From an uncultured bacterium (lineage in GTDB: Bacteria > Chloroflexota > UBA5177 > JANWHV01): a stretch of 64,000 nt of DNA. A program made the position numbers and the translations under genes. Shown piece after piece: positions 29,691 through 39,020 of the stretch. The notes under the pieces were generated by a model. The model was not told where the DNA came from. It was given only the letters and a program-made list of their open reading frames with translations, and made no database searches. Where the stretch lies: the NCBI GenBank assembly GCA_963827235.1, contig CAWHAE010000009.1:864001-928000 (forward strand). The letters run 5' to 3'. Numbering within the stretch: position 1 is the first letter of the stretch; every line of letters starts with the position of its first letter.

Positions 29691-29957
29691 ATGTTGACCT
29701 TCTTGTTTCTCGTAGCGCTGGCAGTGATCGGCTTTGCGGCGGGTCGCTTGCGCAGAGCGCCTGCATTCCTCGATGGGGCTGCGCTTGCCGGTCTGGCAGC
29801 CGTCGCTTTCGTGCCGTTTGGATTTCACATCTTCGCCCTCGTCGTGGGCGTGCTGTGCCTAGCGGGCGGCTTCGTGGGCGGTGCAACCAGCGACGTGCGC
29901 AACATGAACAGGCGCAGACTGGGCGGCGGCGGCCGCGGCGGCTTGCTCGGCCGCTAG
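29691..29957 (+). CDS. Small membrane protein
   Basis: GGAGG RBS, three hydrophobic segments, stop just before the M20 gene RBS. Confidence 0.6.
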   Translation: MLTFLFLVALAVIGFAAGRLRRAPAFLDGAALAGLAAVAFVPFGFHIFALVVGVLCLAGGFVGGATSDVRNMNRRRLGGGGRGGLLGR

Positions 29958-29963
29958 GAGACA

Positions 29964-31253
29964 ATGCCGCTGCAGCCGATCGAGCGCGCGGTGCATGACG
30001 CGATCGACGAACGCGAGCTCGTCGAGACCATTCGTGACCTCGTTCGCGTCCCGAGCGTTACGGGCGACGAGCGCGCCGCGCAGCAATGGCTGGCGCAACG
30101 CCTGGGCGAGTGCGCGCTTGACGTCGATTACTGGCCGATAGACCTGCAGGCAATTCGCGACGATCCGTCATATCCCGGCGAGGAAACCGAGCGGAACGAC
30201 GCCTACGGGCTGACGGGTGCCCTTGGCGGCGACGCCGGACCGCGCTTGATCCTCAACGGGCACATTGACGTCGTGCCGCCGGGCAATCGAGAGAACTGGC
30301 ACGTCGATCCCTGGTGCGGCGATCTGCGCGACGGCCGCGTGTTTGGGCGGGGCGCCTGCGATATGAAAGGCGGCCTGGCGGCAGCGTTTGCCGCGATGCG
30401 CGCCGTGCAGCGGTCGGGAGTGCGGCTGCTGGGCAGCGTGCAGCTACAGAGTGTGGTAGGGGAAGAGGATGGCGGTATCGGCACGCTGGCGACTCTCCGT
30501 CGCGGGCATACAGGCGATGCGGCGGTGATTGTGGAGCCTACCGAGCTGAGCCTCATCCCAGCCCAGGCCGGCGCCCTCGGATTCGCCCTGTGCGTGCCGG
30601 GCCGTGCCGCACATGCGTGTGAGCGGCTGGCTGGGGTAAGCGCGATCGAGAAGTTCCTGCCGCTCTTCAGCGCTCTGCAGCGGCTCGAGCGGCGACGCAA
30701 CACCGGCGTCGGCCATCCGCTGTTTGCCGGGCAACCCTTGCCGTATCCACTGAGCATCGGCATGCTGCGCTCCGGGAACTGGCTCTCCACGGTGCCCGAA
30801 GAGCTCGAGGCGATCGGGCGCTACGGCGTGGCAATCGGAGAGGACCTTGCGTCGGCCCAGCGCGAGCTGGAGGAAGCTGTCCGCGCGGCGGCCCGTGAGG
30901 ATCCCTGGCTGGCCGCGCACTCACCGCGCGTGAGTTGGATCGGCGGGCGCTTTGCACCGGCCGCCACACCAACGGAGCATCCGTTTGTCGGCCTGCTGGC
31001 CGGCTGCGTGGTCGACGTGGAGGGCGCCGAACCGGCAGTCGAGGCCGCTACGTACGGGTCTGATCTGCGCCATTTCGTCAACGAGGCGCACATGCCGGCC
31101 GTGCTGTTTGGGCCTGGAGGCGCCCGTACCGCTCACATGCCGGACGAATTCGTGTCCGTGGCGCAGGTTATTGCTGCAGCTCGCATTCTAGCCGTGTTGA
31201 TCGTCCGTTACTGCGGCGTGGAACGAAGCTCGTGGCCTGTCGACCAGCAGTAG
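29964..31253 (+). CDS. M20 ArgE/DapE-family deacylase
   Basis: 'LNGHIDVVP', 'GRGACDMKGG', 'VGEEDGG', 'VEPT', 'YGSD', 'AHMPDEFV'. Confidence 0.93.
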   Translation: MPLQPIERAVHDAIDERELVETIRDLVRVPSVTGDERAAQQWLAQRLGECALDVDYWPIDLQAIRDDPSYPGEETERNDAYGLTGALGGDAGPRLILNGHIDVVPPGNRENWHVDPWCGDLRDGRVFGRGACDMKGGLAAAFAAMRAVQRSGVRLLGSVQLQSVVGEEDGGIGTLATLRRGHTGDAAVIVEPTELSLIPAQAGALGFALCVPGRAAHACERLAGVSAIEKFLPLFSALQRLERRRNTGVGHPLFAGQPLPYPLSIGMLRSGNWLSTVPEELEAIGRYGVAIGEDLASAQRELEEAVRAAAREDPWLAAHSPRVSWIGGRFAPAATPTEHPFVGLLAGCVVDVEGAEPAVEAATYGSDLRHFVNEAHMPAVLFGPGGARTAHMPDEFVSVAQVIAAARILAVLIVRYCGVERSSWPVDQQ

Positions 31254-31658
31254 CTTCTGTGGGAAGCGGCCTGACACTTCAGCGACCATTCGTTCCCGCC
31301 GCGCTGCCGGCCGGCGGGGGACGCACTGCATAAATCCGACTATTCCTGCATAAGGATTGATCCGTTTCTGCCTCGATGCGGTATCATGGCTCACATCGTT
31401 TGCCGGTACCGATGGGGCGCGACGGCACGTGTGGTCAAAGGAGGTGCAACGCCAGGCGGTAAGGTAGAGCAATTGCGGCCTAGTACTGGGTGATTCTTCA
31501 CGATCGTCAAGCCTGGATCCCGTGGATCCCGAAGGCTGGCTCGGTAGACTCAGGGCGGACTTTACCGAGCCGAAGATTCGATGCCGAATCTCGTACTCCA
31601 CGCTCTCTGTGTTTATCCCCTGTGAACTTGAGTCATGTCACACTTCGAGGAGTCCCTG

Positions 31659-32486
31659 ATGAAGCGAATTCGTTTGATGATCGCCGGCATCGCCATGGTG
31701 AGTCTGCTGCCGCTGTCCGGCGCGGCTCATGGCGCTTCCCAGGTCACACCGCCGCCCGGCCTCAGGACGAGCGGCGCGCTCACCTTTGGCACGAACTTCG
31801 GCTATCCTCCCATGGAGGAGCTGATCGGCAAGAGCGCCACCATACAGTCCGGCGCAGACGTGGAGATTGGCAGGGCGATTGCCGCCAAGATGGGTCTGCG
31901 CGCTGTGTTCATCAACATCACCGATTTCGGCGTGATCATTACCGGCCTGCAGAGCCACCACTACGATGCGATCATCTCCTCGGTGAACATCACACCCGAT
32001 CGAGAGAAGACGCTCGATTTCGTCCCGTACTTCAACGCCGGACAGAGCATCGTGGTGAAGAAGGGCAATCCCCTGCATATCAATGCCCTGGCCGATCTCT
32101 CCGGCAAGACCATCTCCGTTCAGTCAGGAACGGTTGAGCTTGCCTCCGCCGTCGCCGAGAACGCCCTCTTGAAGAAGCAGGGCAAGCCGCAGATGACCAT
32201 CAAGAATTACGGTGAGGACGCGGTCGCTCTGCAGCAGCTTGCTCTTGGCCGCACGGTCGCGGAGCTGACGGACTACCCGGTGGCGGTCTATGATACCACC
32301 CAATTTGCTGACAAGTACGAGATTGCCGGCCAGCAGTGGGGCGCGACGCCGTACGGTATCGCCGTCAACAAGTCCGACACTGCGCTTTACAAGGCGATCT
32401 CGGCGGCTTTCAACATCGTCAAGAGCGATGGCGAGTACATGAAGATCCTCGAGAAGTACCACCTCGGCCAAGGTGCCATGAAGTAG
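31659..32486 (+). CDS. Polar amino-acid ABC transporter substrate-binding protein
   Basis: Signal peptide; 'YPPME', 'GADVEI', 'ITPDREK.LDF', 'YGIAV', 'DGEYMKILEKY'. Confidence 0.93.
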   Translation: MKRIRLMIAGIAMVSLLPLSGAAHGASQVTPPPGLRTSGALTFGTNFGYPPMEELIGKSATIQSGADVEIGRAIAAKMGLRAVFINITDFGVIITGLQSHHYDAIISSVNITPDREKTLDFVPYFNAGQSIVVKKGNPLHINALADLSGKTISVQSGTVELASAVAENALLKKQGKPQMTIKNYGEDAVALQQLALGRTVAELTDYPVAVYDTTQFADKYEIAGQQWGATPYGIAVNKSDTALYKAISAAFNIVKSDGEYMKILEKYHLGQGAMK

Positions 32487-32586
32487 GTCAGACGGAGCAA
32501 GAGGCCCACGCCCAGCTCAGGTAGAGCTGTGTCCAGGCACATGGCTCTGCCTGAGCCGGCAGGAACGGAGGCCGAACATCATCAAC

Positions 32587-33333
32587 GTGCCTTTTTCCCT
32601 GAACTTGCAGTGGAGTTGGCCGGTCTTCCACGAGTATCTCTTCGATGGCACGCTCATCGAAGGCGCCAAGATCACGCTCGAGCTCACGGTAGTCTCCCAG
32701 CTCCTCGGCATAGTGCTCGGCGTTCTGGCCGCCCTGGGGAAGACGTCGAAGCTCATCCCGTTCCGCGTCGTCGCCGAGCTCTACATCTGGCTCTTTCGCG
32801 GCACGCCGGTGCTCGTGCAGATCCTCATCTGGTACAACGCGCTGCCTCCGACCACGCCGGAGTTCACCACGGGCCTTATCGCGCTCGGGCTGAACGAAGG
32901 TGCGTATATGGCCGAGATCGTGCGCGCGGGCTTGGAGGCAGTCGACAAGGGGCAGACGGAAGCTGCCCATTCACTCGGCATGCGCTACGGCCTGGTCATG
33001 CGGCGCATCGTGCTGCCGCAAGCTATGCGCGTGATCATTCCGCCCACGGGCAACGAGTTCATCAGCATGCTGAAGACGACCTCGCTCGTGTCCACGATAT
33101 CGTTGGGCGAGCTGCTGATGAACTCCCAGAGTATCTACAACTGTACGGGCTGCGATGGTGCCCAACAGATTCTTCCGCTGCTGGCGATCGCGGCTCTCTA
33201 CTACCTATTCCTCTCGACCGTATTTACGTTCATCCAGATGTATATCGAAAGCCGCCTCGGCGATCGCCGCGCGCAGGATCCCGGTTGGTTCCGCACGCTG
33301 ATGGCTCGGGGCCGCTTGCTGTTCATCTCGTAG
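32587..33333 (+). CDS. Amino-acid ABC transporter permease (HisM/GlnP family)
   Basis: 'FRGTPVLVQ', 'AYMAEIVRAG', 'GQTEAA', 'LPQAMR', 'LKTTSL'. Confidence 0.95.
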   Translation: MPFSLNLQWSWPVFHEYLFDGTLIEGAKITLELTVVSQLLGIVLGVLAALGKTSKLIPFRVVAELYIWLFRGTPVLVQILIWYNALPPTTPEFTTGLIALGLNEGAYMAEIVRAGLEAVDKGQTEAAHSLGMRYGLVMRRIVLPQAMRVIIPPTGNEFISMLKTTSLVSTISLGELLMNSQSIYNCTGCDGAQQILPLLAIAALYYLFLSTVFTFIQMYIESRLGDRRAQDPGWFRTLMARGRLLFIS

Positions 33334-33438
33334 GGAAGACGAAAGGTCCTGTCGACCGGGCCGCGTAGTGATGGCCTTGCTCATCTTGAGAACGCGACGA
33401 TATCACAAGTGCAAGCAGTGACCGCAAGTGTCTGAGCT

Positions 33439-34266
33439 GTGCCGAAGAAAGTAGCGACCGTGATCGATCGAGAGGCGTCTTCTGTCGGCACCAACGATAC
33501 CTGGCCGATGGTGTCCGCGCGCGACGTGCACAAGCACTTTGGACGGCTTCACGTGCTGCGCGGCGTGAACCTCACGGTGCCGAAGGGCCAGGTGCACGTG
33601 ATCATCGGTCCGAGCGGTTCTGGGAAGAGCACCATACTTCGCTGTCTGAACCACCTGGAGAAGATCCAGCAGGGAGAGATCCGCATCGACGGCGAGCTGA
33701 TGGGCTATCGCGTGGTGAACGGCAGGCTCAGAGAGGACACGGCGAAGAACATCGCCCGCATGCGATCGGAAGTGGGTATGGTGTTCCAGCGTTTCAACCT
33801 CTTTCCGCACATGACCGCGCTGGGCAATATCATCGAGGCGCCGATCCGGGTGAGGGGCATGTCCAAGGCCGAGGCAGTCGAGCGGGCGAACGTGTTGTTG
33901 CGGCGGGTGGGCATGGTGGAGAAGGCCAACTACTTCCCCTCGCAGCTCTCAGGCGGCCAGCAACAGCGCGTGGCCATTGCCCGGGCCCTGGCCATGGAAC
34001 CCAGAGTGATGTTGTTCGACGAGGCGACCAGCGCGCTTGATCCAGAGCTGGTGGGCGACGTGCTCAACGTGATGAAGCAGCTAGCCATGGACGGGATGAC
34101 CATGGTCGTGGTTACCCACGAGATGGGCTTCGCCCGCGACGTCGGCGATCACGTCGTGTTCATGGATAACGGCGTGATCATCGAGGAAGGCGAGCCGAAG
34201 CGTATTTTCGAGAATCCCGAGCAAGAGCGCACGCGGGCGTTCCTGAAGTCTGTGCTGCGAGGCTGA
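33439..34266 (+). CDS. Amino-acid ABC transporter ATP-binding protein (GlnQ/HisP family)
   Basis: Walker A 'GPSGSGKST', signature 'LSGGQQQR', '[11 protein letters not shown]', 'VTHE'. Confidence 0.96.
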   Translation: MPKKVATVIDREASSVGTNDTWPMVSARDVHKHFGRLHVLRGVNLTVPKGQVHVIIGPSGSGKSTILRCLNHLEKIQQGEIRIDGELMGYRVVNGRLREDTAKNIARMRSEVGMVFQRFNLFPHMTALGNIIEAPIRVRGMSKAEAVERANVLLRRVGMVEKANYFPSQLSGGQQQRVAIARALAMEPRVMLFDEATSALDPELVGDVLNVMKQLAMDGMTMVVVTHEMGFARDVGDHVVFMDNGVIIEEGEPKRIFENPEQERTRAFLKSVLRG

Positions 34267-34275
34267 GGTCCGGGC

Positions 34276-35181
34276 CTAGATCGGGAAGCCGCTGCGGATC
34301 CCCCTGGCGGCATATTGGTCCAGGACAAAGGCCTTGAACGCCGCGGTGGCAGGCGAGAGGGGGCGGTCCTCGACCCAGGCCATGCCGATCACGCGCACGC
34401 AGCGAGGCTGGGAGACGTGGATCAGCGTCGCCTCGTGCCGGCCGGTGATGCTCGACGCCGGCACGATGGAGACGCCGAGGCCCGCCGCCACCAGGCCGCG
34501 CACGGTGACCAGGTCGTCTCCCTCGAAGGCGATGCGCGGCGAGAAGCCGGCGGCCCGGCAGAGCTCGTCGGTGATGTGGCGCAGGCCGTCGCCTGCCTTG
34601 AGGCAGATCAGCGGCTCGTTCGCAATGTCGACCAGCTTGATCGAGTCCGATCCGGCCAGGGTATGGCCGTGGGGCACCTCGACGAGCAGCTCGTCGCTCA
34701 CCAGATCCGCCCAGCCGGTACCCTCCTCCGGACGAGTGCGCGCACAGAGGCCGAGGTCCACCTCTCCCCGGCGCAGCCAGCCCAGCACCACCGCCGAGGT
34801 GTCCTGCCGCAGCTGGAAGGCGGCTCGCGGCTGCAGGGGGCGGAAGGTGCTGACCAGCTCGGGCACGAGCCGCATGCCGAGCGCCTGCACAAAGCCCAGG
34901 CTGACGGTGTCGATCTCGGACTTGTCGATCTCCAGCAGCTCACGTCGCGCTACCGCGATCTGCTCAAGCGCGTTGTCGACGCGGACGAGGAAGGCACGGC
35001 CATAGCGATTGAGCCGCATCGATCGCCCCTCGCGATCGAAGAGCTGCACGCCGAGCTCGTGCTCCAGGGCGGCCAGGGCCCTGCTCAGCGCGGGCTGCGA
35101 GACATGCAGCTCGCGCGAGGCCCGCGTGACGTGCTGATAGCGGGCGAGCATCTGGAAGTACTCGAGCTGCTGCCACTCCAT
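34276..35181 (-). CDS. LysR-family transcriptional regulator
   Basis: HTH 'HVTRASRELHVSQPALSR...LEHELGVQLFDR'; 'LVAAGLGVSIVP'. Confidence 0.95.
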   Translation of the reverse strand: MEWQQLEYFQMLARYQHVTRASRELHVSQPALSRALAALEHELGVQLFDREGRSMRLNRYGRAFLVRVDNALEQIAVARRELLEIDKSEIDTVSLGFVQALGMRLVPELVSTFRPLQPRAAFQLRQDTSAVVLGWLRRGEVDLGLCARTRPEEGTGWADLVSDELLVEVPHGHTLAGSDSIKLVDIANEPLICLKAGDGLRHITDELCRAAGFSPRIAFEGDDLVTVRGLVAAGLGVSIVPASSITGRHEATLIHVSQPRCVRVIGMAWVEDRPLSPATAAFKAFVLDQYAARGIRSGFPI

Positions 35182-35204
35182 GGTACTCGCCGTTTCGAAT
35201 AGTC

Positions 35205-35242
35205 ATGCACAAACGTCATTGATTATAATGCAGAAGATCTAT
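35205..35242. promoter_or_regulatory. Two LysR T-N11-A boxes between divergent LysR and MFS genes
   Basis: ATG-cacaaacgt-CAT (35205-35219) and ATG-cagaagatc-TAT (35228-35242). Confidence 0.6.
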
Positions 35243-35403
35243 TGGACGCCGCTGCCGTTTTGCTCGTAGCCTGAACGCATCGAAGCATCGTGCGACACCG
35301 GGCGCAGTGCACGGCTCGTTTGCAGGACCACGACGGTCTTTCGCGGACTCAGTGCTGAGGACGACTTCAGCCCGGGCTAGAGACGCGAAAGGTACTCACT
35401 GCC

Positions 35404-36669
35404 GTGAGCCCCGAGTCTGAGGCTGCCTATTTATTGCGAGGCACGTCCGAGTTTCGCCGCGCCAGCGTGGCACTTTTCCTGGCCGGATTCGTGACCTTCG
35501 ACGTGCTCTACTGCACACAGCCGTTGCTGCCCGTGTTTTCTGCCCAGTTCCACCAGTCTCCGGCCACTGCCAGCCTGGCGCTCTCCCTGACCACCGGCAC
35601 CATCGGCATTGCCATGATCGTGGCGGGCACGATCTCCGGGGTGTTGGGACGCAAGCGCGTGATGACGGTATCCATGTTCTGTTCGGCACTGCTGGTGATA
35701 CTGACGGCGCTCAGTCCCAGCTTCGGCGTGCTGCTCGCCGTCCGCGCCCTGCAGGGCGTGACCCTGGCCGGAATCCCGGCCGTGGCCATGGCATACCTGA
35801 CTGAGGAAGTGCGGCGGGACTCGCTCTGCGTGGCTATGGGCCTCTATATCAGCGGCAACACGATTGGCGGGATGTCCGCCCGCTTGCTGACCGGCGCGAT
35901 AACGGCCTTCGCGAGCTGGCGGGCGGCTCTGGTAGCGATCGGCGTGTTGAGCTTGCTGGCCTCGGCAGCCTTCCAGCGCATCCTTCCCGAGTCACGACAT
36001 TTCCGGCCGCGGCCGGCGGAGCCACGCTATCTCGCTTCGCAGTTGCTGTACAACCTGCGGGATCCCGGCCTGTGCCATCTGTTCGCCATGGGGGCCATCT
36101 TGATGGGCAGCTTCGTCACGCTGTTCAACTACCTGGGCTATCGCCTGACCTCGGCGCCCTACGGCCTGAGCCAGTGCACGGCAAGCCTGGTGTTCTTGGT
36201 CTACTTCGCCGGCACGTTCAGCTCGGCATGGATGGGCATGTTGTCGGCACGCTTCGGGCGGAGGCCGATCCTGATTGCCGGTGTATCGATCATGGCCGGC
36301 GGCCTGGGCCTTACCCTGTTCCAGCCGCTGCCGATCTTGATCTGCGGTGCGCTGCTCTTCACGTTCGGCTTCTTCGGCAGCCACTCCATCGCCAGCAGCT
36401 GGGTCGGCGCGCGCGCGCCGGGCGACAGCGCGCAGGCAGCGGCTCTCTACCTGCTGTTCTACTACCTCGGGTCCAGCACGTGCGGATTCGGCGGCGGCAT
36501 CGCCTGGGCGCGGTACGCCTGGCCGGGCGTGGCGGCTTTCATCAGCCTCATGTTGCTGGCCGGAATCTGGGTCGCCGTGCGCCTCGCGCACATCCCGTCC
36601 AGGCAGCAGCTGGTTCAGGAGCCGGCACCGCTCGGCACCGCTCGCGGCCGCGCCTCCAGCGCCGCGTAG
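35404..36669 (+). CDS. MFS transporter (YnfM/YybF-like)
   Basis: 'LYCTQPLLP', 'GRKRVM', 'AMAYLTEE', 'GLYISGNTIGGM', 'ASSWVG', 'LYLLFYYLGSS'. Confidence 0.92.
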   Translation: MSPESEAAYLLRGTSEFRRASVALFLAGFVTFDVLYCTQPLLPVFSAQFHQSPATASLALSLTTGTIGIAMIVAGTISGVLGRKRVMTVSMFCSALLVILTALSPSFGVLLAVRALQGVTLAGIPAVAMAYLTEEVRRDSLCVAMGLYISGNTIGGMSARLLTGAITAFASWRAALVAIGVLSLLASAAFQRILPESRHFRPRPAEPRYLASQLLYNLRDPGLCHLFAMGAILMGSFVTLFNYLGYRLTSAPYGLSQCTASLVFLVYFAGTFSSAWMGMLSARFGRRPILIAGVSIMAGGLGLTLFQPLPILICGALLFTFGFFGSHSIASSWVGARAPGDSAQAAALYLLFYYLGSSTCGFGGGIAWARYAWPGVAAFISLMLLAGIWVAVRLAHIPSRQQLVQEPAPLGTARGRASSAA

Positions 36670-36960
36670 CGCTCCCTTCACCGGCTTTGCCGGTAGGCCG
36701 CCTTCTCCTCATCGGCGTCCAGGGGACTGGTGGCGGCAGCGCGCGCTGCGTGAAGCCGCTCCGCGCAGACGGGAAACAGGAGGGCAATCGACACCACCGG
36801 AAGGTGCAGGCGAAGCGGATCGCGGCCGATAGGGGCGAAGCCGACGTCGCGCGTTTGGCTTTTCAGGGTGCTCCACATGGGGCATTGTTGGCCCCAACTG
36901 TTGCGCATACGATAGGATTGATCGATATGGCGCGGCAGTGGTTCGGAGTAAGGAGCGAGG

Positions 36961-37551
36961 ATGGCGGCGAGCCGGAGCATCGTGATGGATGGGGTTGCCC
37001 AACCATCGGTCGTCATTCGCCCGAGCGCGGCGAATGCCGGCGGGGTGCCCGCTGTAGAGCGAGCCTGGCTTCTGGCCGGTGCCGCGCTGATGCTTTGCGG
37101 CGTGGGCTTGGCAGGCGGCTGCGCCCTCGCGAGTCTTGACCTGCCATGGGAGGTACTCGTCGCGGCGTTTGTCCTCGGCCTCGCCCTTGTCCTGGTGCCG
37201 ATCGTACGCCGCCGGGTAGGGAGGAGCACCGTCGTCTTTGCCAACGGCGAGAGCTTCGGCATGACCACCGTGAAAGGCAAGCGCCGCGTATTTCCGACCT
37301 CCGACCTTGCCGGGGTGGTGCTCTGCACCGTCATCTCTCCCGGCAACCACGGCGACAGGACCGCCTGCGCCTTCTTCATGTCGACCTCGGGACAGTGTCT
37401 CTTCCGGCTGCAGTCAAGGCAGTGGGGGCGAGAGGATCTGGCCCGCCTCTGCGAGGTGGCCGGTGTACCCCTGGTGGGAAGCTGGGATCAGACGTGTCTG
37501 GCCGGCTATAACCCCCTGCTCGCCGCCTCGCTGCCCCGGCTGAAGCGCTAG
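36961..37551 (+). CDS. Hypothetical membrane protein (two TM helices plus soluble domain)
   Basis: AGGAG/GAGG RBS, two hydrophobic segments. Confidence 0.55.
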   Translation: MAASRSIVMDGVAQPSVVIRPSAANAGGVPAVERAWLLAGAALMLCGVGLAGGCALASLDLPWEVLVAAFVLGLALVLVPIVRRRVGRSTVVFANGESFGMTTVKGKRRVFPTSDLAGVVLCTVISPGNHGDRTACAFFMSTSGQCLFRLQSRQWGREDLARLCEVAGVPLVGSWDQTCLAGYNPLLAASLPRLKR

Positions 37552-37750
37552 TCAGCCGCTCAACGCAGCTCGGCGGCGGCACGGTCCCGGACTCGCAACG
37601 TGCATGCGACAGAGCCGGGCTCCGGGCAACAGCGCGGATTTGGGATGGCTGCGTCGCGGGCGACGACCTTCGGCTCCGGCATCATCACGGCCGGCCGCAC
37701 GCGCGGCAATGGTCGCGCCTCGGTTGCAGGTGCCCGCGCCGGACCCTGCC

Positions 37751-37801
37751 TTGACAAACGACGCTCGTGGATTGATAACTAGAGCTAAATGTCCTCATAA
37801 T
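37751..37801 (+). promoter_or_regulatory. Candidate gntR promoter (TTGACA-N17-GATAAC) and downstream operator-like AATGTCCTCATAAT
   Basis: The 14-mer recurs as AATGTCGTCATAAT at 38820-38833 upstream of the glycoside hydrolase. Confidence 0.55.
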
Positions 37802-37836
37802 GTCCGATCAAGGATAGGCGCTTGGTCTCATCGGGA

Positions 37837-38586
37837 ATGGACAAGCGGACCACATCGGCGGTACCTGTGCCGAAATACTACAGCCTCAAGATGAGCGTTT
37901 CGGCCCGGATCGCCGACGGCACCTGGCCGCCGGGAGCGCTGTTGCCCACGGAGCCGGAACTCTGCCAGGAATTCGGCGTGAGCAGGATTACCGTGCGCAA
38001 GGCGATGAGCGACCTGGTGCATGAGGGCAAGATCCATACGGTACAAGGCAAGGGAACGTTTGTTGCCAAGCCAAAAGTCGGCGAGCGCTTTATCCAGCGC
38101 GCCTACGGCGTGTTCGAGGACATGGAACGGCGTGGCCTCCGCCTGGCCACAGAGGTGCTGCGACAGGAAGTGATCGCTGCCGACGGTGACGTGGCGGCGC
38201 GCCTGGGCCTCTGCGCGGGAGAGCACGTTCACATCATCGTGCGCCGGCGTTGCGTGGAGGGTGAGTGTATCCTCATCTCCACGACCTTCATCCCGGAAGC
38301 GCTCTGCCCGGAACTGGTTCATGAGGACCTTTCTACCGGCTCGTTGTTTCGGCTCCTCCGCGAACGCTACGGGCTCAGACTCGGCCGCGGTGAGCGCACG
38401 CTGGAGGCTGTAGCGGCCGATCAGTGGGAAGCTCGCATTCTTGAGCTGGCGCTGGCCAGTCCCTTGCTCCGCCTGGATAGCGTGGGCTATCTTGCCGATG
38501 GTCGCCCCTTCGAGTACTCTCGGACCCTTCAGCGTGGCGACCGGGCGCGAGTGGAGCTGGAGTACTTTCCGGCGCCCGGCGACTAG
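37837..38586 (+). CDS. GntR/HutC-subfamily regulator (wHTH + UTRA)
   Basis: 'LPTEPELCQEFGVSRITVRKA', 'QGKGTFV', UTRA C-terminus 'GRPFEYS...RGDR'. Confidence 0.95.
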   Translation: MDKRTTSAVPVPKYYSLKMSVSARIADGTWPPGALLPTEPELCQEFGVSRITVRKAMSDLVHEGKIHTVQGKGTFVAKPKVGERFIQRAYGVFEDMERRGLRLATEVLRQEVIAADGDVAARLGLCAGEHVHIIVRRRCVEGECILISTTFIPEALCPELVHEDLSTGSLFRLLRERYGLRLGRGERTLEAVAADQWEARILELALASPLLRLDSVGYLADGRPFEYSRTLQRGDRARVELEYFPAPGD

Positions 38587-39020
38587 CCTCTGCGCTCGCC
38601 ATTTCGATCGCGTGCTGCAGAATGTCATCGCAGTGCAACCACCTCGCCGGCGGCAACGATGAAGCGCCCGGCCGGCCAGCAGGACCATTCGTGGCACGAG
38701 TCGTCTACAGTGACTGCCGAGATGATCGTGACTGCTGGCCTTGTCCCGTTGCACCCGGCCTGTCCGCGTGCCGGCGAGCGCGCGAAGGGAGCGGCGTCCC
38801 ACGGTTGGCGGCCATACAGAATGTCGTCATAATATAGCATCCATCAGAGTATGATGAATACGGTTGAATCTCTGTCAGACGCCTGAGCGTGTTGCCGGGC
38901 CGCCGGCCGCGGGCTTGGGCACGAAATCCGGCCGGCGCCATGTCGATGTGCTGCCTGCTCGAGGCGCGCAACAGGAATTCTCGGCCTCATGTATGGATGC
39001 GAGACGAGGGAGTTAGCGGC

